The notes below the pieces were generated by a model. That model saw only the letters and a list, made by a program, of their open reading frames with translations, did no database searches and was not told the DNA's origin. A program made the translations under genes and the position numbers. Positions 1-15,371 of a stretch of 64,000 bases of DNA are shown here, in pieces. Positions within the stretch are counted from its first letter, which is position 1; every line of letters starts with the position of its first letter. Source of the DNA: Gammaproteobacteria bacterium (GTDB taxonomy: Bacteria > Pseudomonadota > Gammaproteobacteria > Eutrophobiales > Eutrophobiaceae); the NCBI GenBank assembly GCA_965215365.1, contig CBDCDS010000003.1:2368001-2432000 (forward strand), written 5' to 3'.

Positions 1-1133
<1,133 letters not shown>

Positions 1134-1347
1134 CTAGCACACAAGGCCGGCAGATGGAACTTTCCGGGTGTTAAGAACCGGATGTTACAAACAATGTTCG
1201 TAACTACTCACCCCCTGGTCGTCATTTTCTGCCAATGCCTCCCCATCAAATAATGGCTGCCTCTAACCCGAGGATCGGTTATAATGGGTGCCGTGAAAAT
1301 GCCCTGCGTGGCACTTCGATACGGCAACATGCCGGGAGACAAATACC

Positions 1348-1980
1348 ATGAACCGCATCATTGCCGCCGCCGGCTGCGCGCAAGCCGTCTTTGATTCGAT
1401 CAGGCAACGCATCGATTTCATCGCGCCGCTGTTGCTCAGGCTGTATCTGGTGCCCGTGTTCTGGGTGGCGGCCAACAACAAGTGGAACCCGTTTGACGAA
1501 AACAGTTCCTTGGAGGCCGTGATCGAATGGTTCGGCAACCCTGACTGGGGCCTGGGGCTGCCCTTCCCCGCAATCAACGCCTATCTGGCCTGGGGCGCGG
1601 AATATTTTGGTGCCATCCTGTTGGCCCTGGGTCTGGCCACTCGCTGGATCTGCATCCCCCTGATGTTCACCATGCTCGTCGCCATGCTCACGGTGCATAT
1701 CAGCCACGGCTGGCAAGCCGTGCACGACCTGAACAGCCCGTTTCCCGCGGCCGAAGCAAGCACCGCCAGCGAACGCCTGGACAAGGCGAAAAGCCTGCTG
1801 CGCGAGCATGGCAACTATGACTGGCTGACAGAACACGGCAACTTCGTCGTTGCCAACAACGGCATCGAATGGGCCGCCACCTATCTGGTCATGCTCTGCG
1901 CCCTGTTGTTCCTGGGTGGCGGCAGCTATCTGAGCGTGGATCACTGGCTCAGACGGCGCTACCCGCCCGGCGTACGGTAG
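1348..1980 (+). CDS. DoxX-family membrane protein
   Basis: LLLRLYLVPVFW, GLGLPFP, LALGLATRWICIPLMFTMLVA, NNGIEWAATYLVML...GGGSYLSVD pattern with several TM helices. Confidence 0.85.
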   Translation: MNRIIAAAGCAQAVFDSIRQRIDFIAPLLLRLYLVPVFWVAANNKWNPFDENSSLEAVIEWFGNPDWGLGLPFPAINAYLAWGAEYFGAILLALGLATRWICIPLMFTMLVAMLTVHISHGWQAVHDLNSPFPAAEASTASERLDKAKSLLREHGNYDWLTEHGNFVVANNGIEWAATYLVMLCALLFLGGGSYLSVDHWLRRRYPPGVR

Positions 1981-2042
1981 CGGGGGTATGCCGGCGTTGC
2001 CCTGATCCCGGCATTACAGGGGTGGGCGCGCAAGAGTGACTG

Positions 2043-2369
2043 ATGTCCGAACAACAACCACACGAACGTTACAACGAAGACCTGGCCCTGCTGGAGGCGC
2101 GGCCGCGACTCAAGCGACCGCCTTTGTACAAGGTGCTGCTGCTGAATGACGACTACACGCCCATGGAATTTGTGGTGCATATCTTAGAGACGTTCTTCGC
2201 CATGGACCGGCAGACTGCGACGCGCATCATGCTGGAAGTGCACACCCGCGGCATGGGGGTATGCGGGGTGTTCACCCGCGATGTGGCCCAGACCAAGGTG
2301 GTGCAGGTCAACCATTATTCAAAGGAACACGAACATCCGTTAAAATGCACCATGGAGAAAGACAGCTGA
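2043..2369 (+). CDS. clpS: ATP-dependent Clp protease adaptor ClpS
   Basis: [20 protein letters not shown]...[16 protein letters not shown]...HPLKCTME; precedes clpA. Confidence 0.97.
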   Translation: MSEQQPHERYNEDLALLEARPRLKRPPLYKVLLLNDDYTPMEFVVHILETFFAMDRQTATRIMLEVHTRGMGVCGVFTRDVAQTKVVQVNHYSKEHEHPLKCTMEKDS

Positions 2370-4648
2370 TGCTTGACAAAGACTTGGAACAAACGCTGAA
2401 CAACACGTTCCGCGCCGCCCGCGACCAGCGCTATGAATTCGTGACGGTGGAGCATTTGTTGCTGGCCTTGCTGGAGAACCCGGCAGCGCTGAAGGTGTTG
2501 CAGGCCTGCGGCGCCAAGGTGGAGGCGTTGCAGGACGAATTGACGCGCTTTATCGAGGATAACTCCCCGCGCCTTGACACCAATGACGAGCGTGAAACCC
2601 AGCCTACGCTGGGCTTTCAACGGGTATTTCAACGCGCCGTGCAACATGTGCAGTCCTCCGGTAAAAAGGAAGTGAGCGGCGCCAATATCCTGATCGCCAT
2701 TTTTTCCGAACGCGAATCCCACGCTGCGTTTTTTCTGCGCCAGCAGGACGTGGCGCGTTTAGATGCGGTGAACTTCATCGCGCACGGCATCGCCAAACAT
2801 CCCCAGGACGAAGCCGGACAGCCCGGCGCGGCAACCGAATTTGATGATGCCCATCAGGATGAGGGCTCGAAAAATCCCCTGGAGGCATATGCAACCGACC
2901 TCAATGAACAGGCTGAGCTTGGTCGCATAGATCCGCTCATCGGGCGCGCGCATGAAGTGCAGCGCACCATCCAGATCCTGTGCCGGCGACGCAAGAACAA
3001 CCCGCTGTTTGTGGGCGAGGCCGGCGTCGGCAAAACCGCCATCGCCGAAGGCATTGCCAGACAAATTGTCGCTAAGGAAGTGCCGGAAGTGCTGCACGAC
3101 TGCACCATTTTTTCACTGGACCTGGGCGCGCTGTTGGCCGGGACCCGCTATCGCGGCGATTTTGAGAAGCGCCTGAAAGGCGTGCTCGCCGAGTTGATGA
3201 AAAAAGATGGCGCAATTTTGTTCATTGACGAGATCCATACCATCATCGGCGCCGGCGCCGCCTCCGGCGCAGTCATGGACGCGTCCAATATCATCAAGCC
3301 GGTGCTGGCCTCCGGCGCCATCAAGTGTATCGGTTCCACCACCTACCAGGAATTTCGCGGCATCTTCGAGAAGGACCGGGCGCTGGCGCGGCGCTTCCAG
3401 AAGATCGATGTGGTCGAACCTTCCATTGACGAGACCATCAGGATCCTGCAAGGGTTGAAATCACGCTTTGAGGAACACCACCGCATACGTTACACGCAGC
3501 AGGCGTTGCGCTCTGCGACGGAACTGGCGGAGCGTTACATCACCGACCGCCACCTGCCGGACAAGGCCATTGACGTCATCGACGAGGCCGGCGCTTCACA
3601 GCAACTGCTGCCGCCTTCCCGGCGCAAAAAGACTATCGGAGTACAAGACATCGAGGCCATTGTGGCGAAGGTGGCGCGTATCCCGCCGAAGACAGTCACC
3701 AGCTCGCACCGGGATACCATGAAGAACCTGGAACGCAACCTGAAAATGGTAGTATTCGGCCAGGACCAGGCGGTCGCAAGCCTAGCCACGGCTATCAGGA
3801 TGGCGCGTTCGGGGCTGGGCAATCCGGAACAGCCCATCGGCGCGTTCCTGCTGGCCGGGCCTACCGGGGTGGGGAAAACCGAGCTCAGCAAACAACTGGC
3901 CAATGCCTTAGGGATCGAACTGCTGCGCTACGACATGTCCGAATACATGGAACGCCACACGGTCTCGCGCCTGATCGGCGCACCGCCGGGTTACGTGGGC
4001 TTTGACCAGGGTGGCCTGCTCACCGATGAGATCAACAAACATCCGCACAGCGTGCTGCTGCTGGACGAGATGGAAAAAGCCCACCCCGATGTGTTCAACC
4101 TGATGCTGCAGGTGATGGACCACGGCACCCTCACCGACACCAATGGGCGCCATATCGACTTTCGTAACGTGATCCTCATTATGACCACCAACGCCGGCGC
4201 CGAACGCATCAGCCGCGCCTCAGTCGGCTTCACCCGGCAGGACCACAGCTCGGACGCCCTGGAGATCATCAACAAGACCTTCAGCCCGGAGTTCCGCAAC
4301 CGCCTCAGTGCCATCATCGAATTCAACCCGCTGGAGCGGAGCACCATTCTGGATGTGGTGGATAAATTCCTGGTCGAACTGCAAGCGCAGTTGGATGAGA
4401 AAAAAGTGGTCATCGACATAGATGAACCGGCTCGCCTGTGGCTGGCACAACACGGCTACGACAGGCTTATGGGCGCCCGCCCCATGGCCCGCCTCATTCA
4501 GGACCGGATCAAAAAACCACTGGCCGAAGAGCTGCTGTTCGGCAAACTCCTGCACGGCGGCCACGTCATCGTCTCCGCCGTGGAAGATGGGATTACTATT
4601 GAGATAGAGGAAGAGGAACCGGCGGGGGTGGCGTTGGCTACAGGTTAA
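2369..4648 (+). CDS. clpA: ATP-dependent Clp protease ATP-binding subunit ClpA
   Basis: Start placed at ATG 2369 overlapping clpS TGA ([11 protein letters not shown]). Two AAA+ modules: GEAGVGKT/LFIDEIH and GPTGVGKT/LLLDEMEKAH. Confidence 0.97.
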   Translation: MLDKDLEQTLNNTFRAARDQRYEFVTVEHLLLALLENPAALKVLQACGAKVEALQDELTRFIEDNSPRLDTNDERETQPTLGFQRVFQRAVQHVQSSGKKEVSGANILIAIFSERESHAAFFLRQQDVARLDAVNFIAHGIAKHPQDEAGQPGAATEFDDAHQDEGSKNPLEAYATDLNEQAELGRIDPLIGRAHEVQRTIQILCRRRKNNPLFVGEAGVGKTAIAEGIARQIVAKEVPEVLHDCTIFSLDLGALLAGTRYRGDFEKRLKGVLAELMKKDGAILFIDEIHTIIGAGAASGAVMDASNIIKPVLASGAIKCIGSTTYQEFRGIFEKDRALARRFQKIDVVEPSIDETIRILQGLKSRFEEHHRIRYTQQALRSATELAERYITDRHLPDKAIDVIDEAGASQQLLPPSRRKKTIGVQDIEAIVAKVARIPPKTVTSSHRDTMKNLERNLKMVVFGQDQAVASLATAIRMARSGLGNPEQPIGAFLLAGPTGVGKTELSKQLANALGIELLRYDMSEYMERHTVSRLIGAPPGYVGFDQGGLLTDEINKHPHSVLLLDEMEKAHPDVFNLMLQVMDHGTLTDTNGRHIDFRNVILIMTTNAGAERISRASVGFTRQDHSSDALEIINKTFSPEFRNRLSAIIEFNPLERSTILDVVDKFLVELQAQLDEKKVVIDIDEPARLWLAQHGYDRLMGARPMARLIQDRIKKPLAEELLFGKLLHGGHVIVSAVEDGITIEIEEEEPAGVALATG

Positions 4649-4651
4649 AGT

Positions 4652-4668
4652 GTCCCTTCGGGACTTTT
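4652..4668 (+). terminator. Possible weak intrinsic terminator after clpA
   Basis: GTCCC-TTC-GGGAC followed by TTTT just after the stop codon. Confidence 0.35.
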
Positions 4669-4674
4669 CCCCAC

Positions 4675-4701
4675 CTGGATTCCCGCATGCGCGGGAATGA
4701 C
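4675..4701 (-). repeat. REP/dRS3-like palindromic element
   Basis: Minus strand GTCATTCCCGCGCATGCGGGAATCCAG resembles the widespread GTCATTCCCGCG..GCGGGAATCC intergenic repeat; lies between convergent genes. Confidence 0.65.
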
Positions 4702-4720
4702 GACTTGTAATTCTAGCCGC

Positions 4721-6615
4721 TCAGCCTAGCAGCGAGGCATCGGCACCGGCGAAGAGGAAGCTGGCGTCGGTAAGGTCGTCCTGTGCTATGCCGGTGAGGG
4801 TCAGCGTGCCGCCGCCGTGCCCGGTGAAGTCGATGACGAGGCCCTGCGGGCCGGGTTGTAAGGTTAAGTCGCTGACGGTGCTGAGGTCGGCGAAGGCGCT
4901 CAGGTCAATGCGGTCGTCCCCGCGCCCGAAGTCGGTCACGATGTCGTGGCCGGCGCCGGGGGTGAAGATGAAGGTATCGTTGCCGTCCCCGCCGGTGAGG
5001 GTGTCAGCGCCGGCCCCGCCGTGCAAGGTGTCATCGCCGGCCCCGCCGTGCAGGGTATCAGCGCCGAGGTTGCCGCGCAGGGTGTCGTGGCCGGCCCCGC
5101 CGTGCAGGGTATCGTTGCCCTTGCCGCCGAACAGCCGGTCATGGCCAGCCCCGCCGTGCAGGGTGTCATCGCCGCCCGCCGGGCCGCCGTAGAGGGTGTC
5201 GTGGCCGCCGCCGCCGGTTAAGGTGTTGTCACGCCCGTCCCCGGCTAAGATGTCGTGGTAGTCCGAGCCGTGTAAGTGCTCGATGTCCAACAGCGCCTCG
5301 CCCTCCGTCATCCCCGCCACCGGGGTGAAGGTATCGCCCTCGGCATGACCGCCGTGCGCCTGCCCGCTGTGCAGGCGCACGATGACACCGGCATCGGAGT
5401 AGCGATACGAGGCGGTGTCCTGACCCTCACCCCCGCTGAGCACATCCGCCCCGGCCTCGCCTTCGAGGCGGTCATCCCCGGCGCGCCCTGCAAGGCGGTC
5501 GTCCCCGCCCCGCCCTTCAAGGCGATCGGCCCCGGAGGCGCCGATTAGAATGTCGTCATGCTCCGAGCCGTCTAAGTATTCAATGTCGGCCACCCGACCA
5601 CTGCGCACCCCCCCGGCGGCATCCGTCCAGGTGACGAGCTGACGCCCGGGAAAGGTATCGCCCTCGGCGTCCCCGCCGACAGCCTGCCCGCTGGTGAGGT
5701 TCACCGTCACCCCGGCCGGGGAGGCGGCGTAGCTCACCGCATCGAAGCCCGGCCCGCCGCGCAGTACATCAGCGCCAGGGCCGCCGGTGAGCCAGTCATT
5801 GCCATCCCGACCGTCTAAGGTATCAGCGCCCTCGCCCCCGTCTAAGTCATTGGGCAAGGCATTACCGATGAGCACATCACTATGTGCTGAGCCAATGAGG
5901 TTCTCAACATCCGGGACATTGCGCACGCGGGTCTGCCCGACGGCATCGATAACGGTGATGCGTTGCACCCCGAAGCTGTCACCGGTCGCGTGCCCGCCCT
6001 GTGCGCGGCCGGTCTCTAAGCGTATGCTCACCCCAGCGCCGGAGTCACCGTACCAGGCGGTGTCACTGCCGGGCCCGCCAATGAGCCTGTCACCGCCGGG
6101 GCCGCCGGCTAAGGTGTCATCGCCACCGCCGCCGTCCAAGGTGTCATCGCCGGGGCCGGCACTGTCGCCGGCCGGCAGGCGGTCGTCCTCAGCACTGCCG
6201 GTGAGCCGGCGTGCCGTGAAGGCGCCGCTATCATACAGGCGCAGCTCATAGCGCCCGGCATGGTCGTGGGTCGGGTTACGGGTATAGACTGCGGCTTGCA
6301 GGTAATATATCCCATCGGTATTGGGCCTAAACGTCAGCTGCGAGTGGGTCTCCCCGGCGCTGAAGTTGACATCATCGTTACGGGCTACCTGCGCGCCGGT
6401 GTTATCGTACAGCGTGAGCACCGTATCGCCGGCCGGCCCCGGGCCAATGCCGCCTAAGGTCATGGTGTAGGTCTCCCCGGCGGTTAACTCTACCCGTACC
6501 CAGTCGGCATCGGTGCGCGTGGCAATCAGGCCACGAAAGCGTGCGCCCACGGCCAGGGTGTAAGGAGTGTCAACGCCAGCCGGGGCGTCTTGCCCGGGAC
6601 GTTCGTAGGCAATCG

Positions 6616-6619
<4 letters not shown>
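4721..6619 (-). CDS. RTX (hemolysin-type Ca-binding) repeat protein with N-terminal PPC-like domain
   Basis: Many GGxGxDxLx nonapeptides. Start placed at ATG 6619 ([10 protein letters not shown]) with AGGAGG upstream and ATGA overlap with the upstream stop. Confidence 0.88.
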
Positions 6620-12972
<6,353 letters not shown>

Positions 12973-13001
12973 CTGCGGTCTGCGGTCTGCGGTCTGCGGT
13001 C
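12973..13001. repeat. Heptamer tandem repeat (CTGCGGT)x4 abutting the adhesin start codon
   Basis: ctgcggt at 12973, 12980, 12987 and 12994. Confidence 0.95.
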
Positions 13002-13004
13002 AAC

Positions 13005-13073
13005 ATTATGTCGATTTCCTCAGCGTTTGTCAAGCAGTTTTTTGGCTTTTTTGGTATTTTTTTCAGTGAGATA
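13005..13073 (-). promoter_or_regulatory. sigma70-type promoter with A-rich UP region for the adhesin; copy R1 of repeated module
   Basis: TTGACA (13033-13028), 17 nt, CATAAT (13010-13005), preceded by A-tracts. Confidence 0.8.
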
Positions 13074-13096
13074 AAAAGAAAAGTTTGCCTGCTGTT

Positions 13097-13465
13097 TCAA
13101 CCGTCCGTACCGGTGCTAGGCAGACCCAAATGCCCTTCAATCCGATGCACCTGACCCGACAGAGTATCTACTTTTTGACTCAAAGTATCCACCCTTTGAC
13201 CCAGTGCGTTGATGTTATCTTTCTGATCATCGATACGCTTGTTGACGTCATCGATACGCTTGTTTACGTCATCGATACGCTTGTCGATGCTTTCTTTCAA
13301 ATCATGGAAGCGTTTGTCGATGCTTTCTTTCAAATCATGGAAGCGTTTGTCGATGCTGTCCTTTAAGTCGCCGATGCGGGTGAACAGAACGCAGACAATG
13401 ATAAGTACAGCCAGATTGATGAGGTCGGGCAGGCGGTCGAACAGCATGCTGATAATGGCGTTCAT
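13097..13465 (-). CDS. Small membrane-anchored coiled-coil protein, type A copy 1
   Basis: 122 aa; N-terminal TM (LINLAVLIIVCVLF), LKESIDKRFHD and KRIDDVN repeats; GAGGGA SD-like; duplicated at 14469. Confidence 0.8.
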   Translation of the reverse strand: MNAIISMLFDRLPDLINLAVLIIVCVLFTRIGDLKDSIDKRFHDLKESIDKRFHDLKESIDKRIDDVNKRIDDVNKRIDDQKDNINALGQRVDTLSQKVDTLSGQVHRIEGHLGLPSTGTDG

Positions 13466-13562
13466 GGTTGTATTCCCTCTGCTTCAAGTGGAGGTAAGGT
13501 CATGCTACTTGTCGTTGGAGCAGATGTCAATAAAAATACGATGTAGCGATTTTCATAAGTCC

Positions 13563-13610
13563 TGTCAAGCAGTTTTTGGCTTTTTTGGTAATTTTTTTCA
13601 CAGTGAGATA
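13563..13610 (-). repeat. Promoter-module repeat R2
   Basis: tgtcaagcagtttttggcttttttggtaatttttttcacagtgagata, near-identical to R1/R3/R4; contains TTGACA on the minus strand. Confidence 0.9.
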
Positions 13611-13702
13611 GAAAGAAAAAGTGGCCTGTCGGGTGGCGACTCAGGACACCCCTGGCTTAGAGGCAGGTCCCGGCATCACTAACAGGTTTGTTCAGCACCC
13701 GG

Positions 13703-14317
13703 TTACACCCCCGCAAACAGCTTCATAAAACCCAACAGCAGTCCTGCGAGCAATCCGGTCTGCGCAATCAACGCGCCGATCATCCATTTCAGCAAGTCAG
13801 CCTTGAGTTCAGCCAACTGCCGCTCCAGGTCGGTCTTGACTTTGGTCAACTTCCGATCCAAGTCGGCCTTGAGTTCGGTCATCTGCTGCTGCAGGTTGCC
13901 CTCGAGTTCGGTCATTTGCTGCTGCAGCCTGCCCTCAAGTTCGGTCATCTGCTGCTGCAGGTTGCCCTCGAGTTCGGTCATTTGCTGCTGCAGCCTGCCC
14001 TCAAGTTCGGTCATCTGCTGCTGCAGGTTGCCCTCGAGTTCGGTCATTTGCTGCTGCAGCCTGCCCTCAAGTTCGGTCATCTGCTGCTGCAGGTTGCCCT
14101 CGAGTTCGGTCATCTGCTGCTGCAGGTTGCCATCGAGTTTGGCCAGTTGCTCCTTTTGGACTCCCTCGAGTCTTAGCAGATTTTCCTTAGTAGCCAAGTT
14201 GCTGTTCAGTAAGGTCACCTGCTCGTCCGCCAACGCCTCGGCTTGCGCCTCGGTGAACCCGGTCTGCGTCAGGCGCTTGATAAAGCGGTGGGTATCAAAT
14301 GCAATGGCTTGGCTCAT
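13703..14317 (-). CDS. DUF1640/CCDC90-like head-neck-stalk-anchor coiled-coil protein, long form (type B)
   Basis: FDTHRFIKRLTQTGFTEAQAEALA head, NLATKEN neck, 11-aa repeat stalk, C-terminal TM LKWMIGALIAQTGLLAGLLLGF. Confidence 0.85.
   Translation of the reverse strand: MSQAIAFDTHRFIKRLTQTGFTEAQAEALADEQVTLLNSNLATKENLLRLEGVQKEQLAKLDGNLQQQMTELEGNLQQQMTELEGRLQQQMTELEGNLQQQMTELEGRLQQQMTELEGNLQQQMTELEGRLQQQMTELEGNLQQQMTELKADLDRKLTKVKTDLERQLAELKADLLKWMIGALIAQTGLLAGLLLGFMKLFAGV
13871..14134. repeat. 33-bp tandem repeat x8 (QQQMTELEG[N/R]L)
   Basis: Unit gagttcggtcatctgctgctgcaggttgccctc with alternating variants, giving a 66-bp higher-order period. Confidence 0.95.
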
Positions 14318-14323
14318 GGCGGC

Positions 14324-14352
14324 AGTATATAAAGGCGTAACGGGTAATGCAA
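14324..14352 (-). promoter_or_regulatory. sigma70-type promoter, probably producing leaderless mRNA for the type B gene (copy at 15317-15345)
   Basis: TTGCAT-17-TATACT-6 nt-ATG with no SD. Confidence 0.65.
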
Positions 14353-14356
14353 CACA

Positions 14357-14405
14357 TGTCCAGATTCAATACAGTAAGAGTCTCACTTGTTTCTGAACCC
14401 GGACA
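14357..14405. mobile_element. 49-bp miniature element made only of the two ends of the IS481-like element at 31069-32200
   Basis: 14357-14373 tgtccagattcaataca matches 31069-31085 at 16/17; 14376-14405 is identical to 32171-32200 (30 nt). TGT...ACA termini. Confidence 0.9.
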
Positions 14406-14445
14406 GCAGTTTTTTGGCTTTTTTGGTATTTTTTTCAGTGAGATA
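14406..14445 (-). repeat. Promoter-module repeat R3, with -35 removed by the mini-IS
   Basis: gcagttttttggcttttttggtatttttttcagtgagata, matching R1 but lacking tgtcaa. Confidence 0.9.
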
Positions 14446-14468
14446 AAAATAAGAGTTTGCCTGCTGTT

Positions 14469-14837
14469 TCAACCGTCCGTACCGGTGCTAGGCAGACCCA
14501 AATGCCCTTCAATCCGATGCACCTGACCCGACAGAGTATCTACTTTTTGACTCAAAGTATCCACCCTTTGACCCAGTGCGTTGATGTTATCTTTCTGATC
14601 ATCGATACGCTTGTTGACGTCATCGATACGCTTGTTGACGTCATCGATACGCTTGTCGATGCTTTCTTTCAAATCATGGAAGCGTTTGTCGATGCTTTCT
14701 TTCAAATCATGGAAGCGTTTGTCGATGCTGTCCTTTAAGTCGCCGATGCGGGTGAACAGAACGCAGACAATGATAAGTACAGCCAGATTGATGAGGTCGG
14801 GCAGGTGCTCGAACAGCATGCTGATAATGGCGTTCAT
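14469..14837 (-). CDS. Small membrane-anchored coiled-coil protein, type A copy 2
   Basis: 122 aa; differs from 13097..13465 only at DR versus EH near the N-terminus. Confidence 0.8.
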   Translation of the reverse strand: MNAIISMLFEHLPDLINLAVLIIVCVLFTRIGDLKDSIDKRFHDLKESIDKRFHDLKESIDKRIDDVNKRIDDVNKRIDDQKDNINALGQRVDTLSQKVDTLSGQVHRIEGHLGLPSTGTDG

Positions 14838-14918
14838 GGTTGTATCCTCTCTGCTTCAAGTGGAGGTGATGCGCTTACGCGCGAGCGCGGCTAATCATTC
14901 TGGCATTTCCCCCGTGCT

Positions 14919-14966
14919 TGTCAAGCAGTTTTTGGCTTTTTTTGTAATTTTTTTCACAGTGAGATA
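14919..14966 (-). repeat. Promoter-module repeat R4
   Basis: tgtcaagcagtttttggctttttttgtaatttttttcacagtgagata; TTGACA-16-CAGAAT with extended -10 TG. Confidence 0.9.
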
Positions 14967-15058
14967 GAAAGAAAAAGTGGCCTGTCGGGTGGCGACTCAG
15001 GACACCCCTGGCTTAGAGGCAGGTCCCGGCATCACTAACAGGTTTGTTCAGCACCCGG

Positions 15059-15310
15059 TTACACCCCCGCAAACAGCTTCATAAAACCCAACAGCAGTCC
15101 TGCGAGCAATCCGGTCTGCGCAATCAACGCGCCGATCATCCATTTCAACAAGTCGGCCTTGAGCTCCAGTAGATTCTGCTTGGTGGCCAGGTTGCTGTTC
15201 AGTAAGGTCACCTGCTCGTCCGCCAACGCCTCGGCTTGCGCCTCGGTGAACCCGGTCTGCGTCAGGCGCTTGATAAAGCGGTGGGTATCAAATGCAATGG
15301 CTTGGCTCAT
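15059..15310 (-). CDS. DUF1640/CCDC90-like protein, stalkless short form (type B', 83 aa)
   Basis: Start placed at ATG 15310 (MSQAIAF) by identity with 14317; same head and anchor, no repeats. Confidence 0.85.
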   Translation of the reverse strand: MSQAIAFDTHRFIKRLTQTGFTEAQAEALADEQVTLLNSNLATKQNLLELKADLLKWMIGALIAQTGLLAGLLLGFMKLFAGV

Positions 15311-15371
15311 GGCGGCAGTATATAAAGGCGTAACGGGTAATGCAACAACATTTTTCGATATAATGCGGTGC

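Noticed and set aside
1348-1980. DoxX gene as part of a DUF692/MNIO peptide-modification cluster
   Set aside because: No precursor peptide or DUF692 gene adjacent.
13028-14966. R repeats as a CRISPR array or integron attC sites
   Set aside because: Spacing is gene-sized, R is not palindromic and lacks GTTRRRY/RYYYAAC ends, and there is no cas or intI gene in the window.
13097-15310. Duplicated genes as DGR template/variable repeats
   Set aside because: No reverse transcriptase; differences are few and not evidently adenine-specific.
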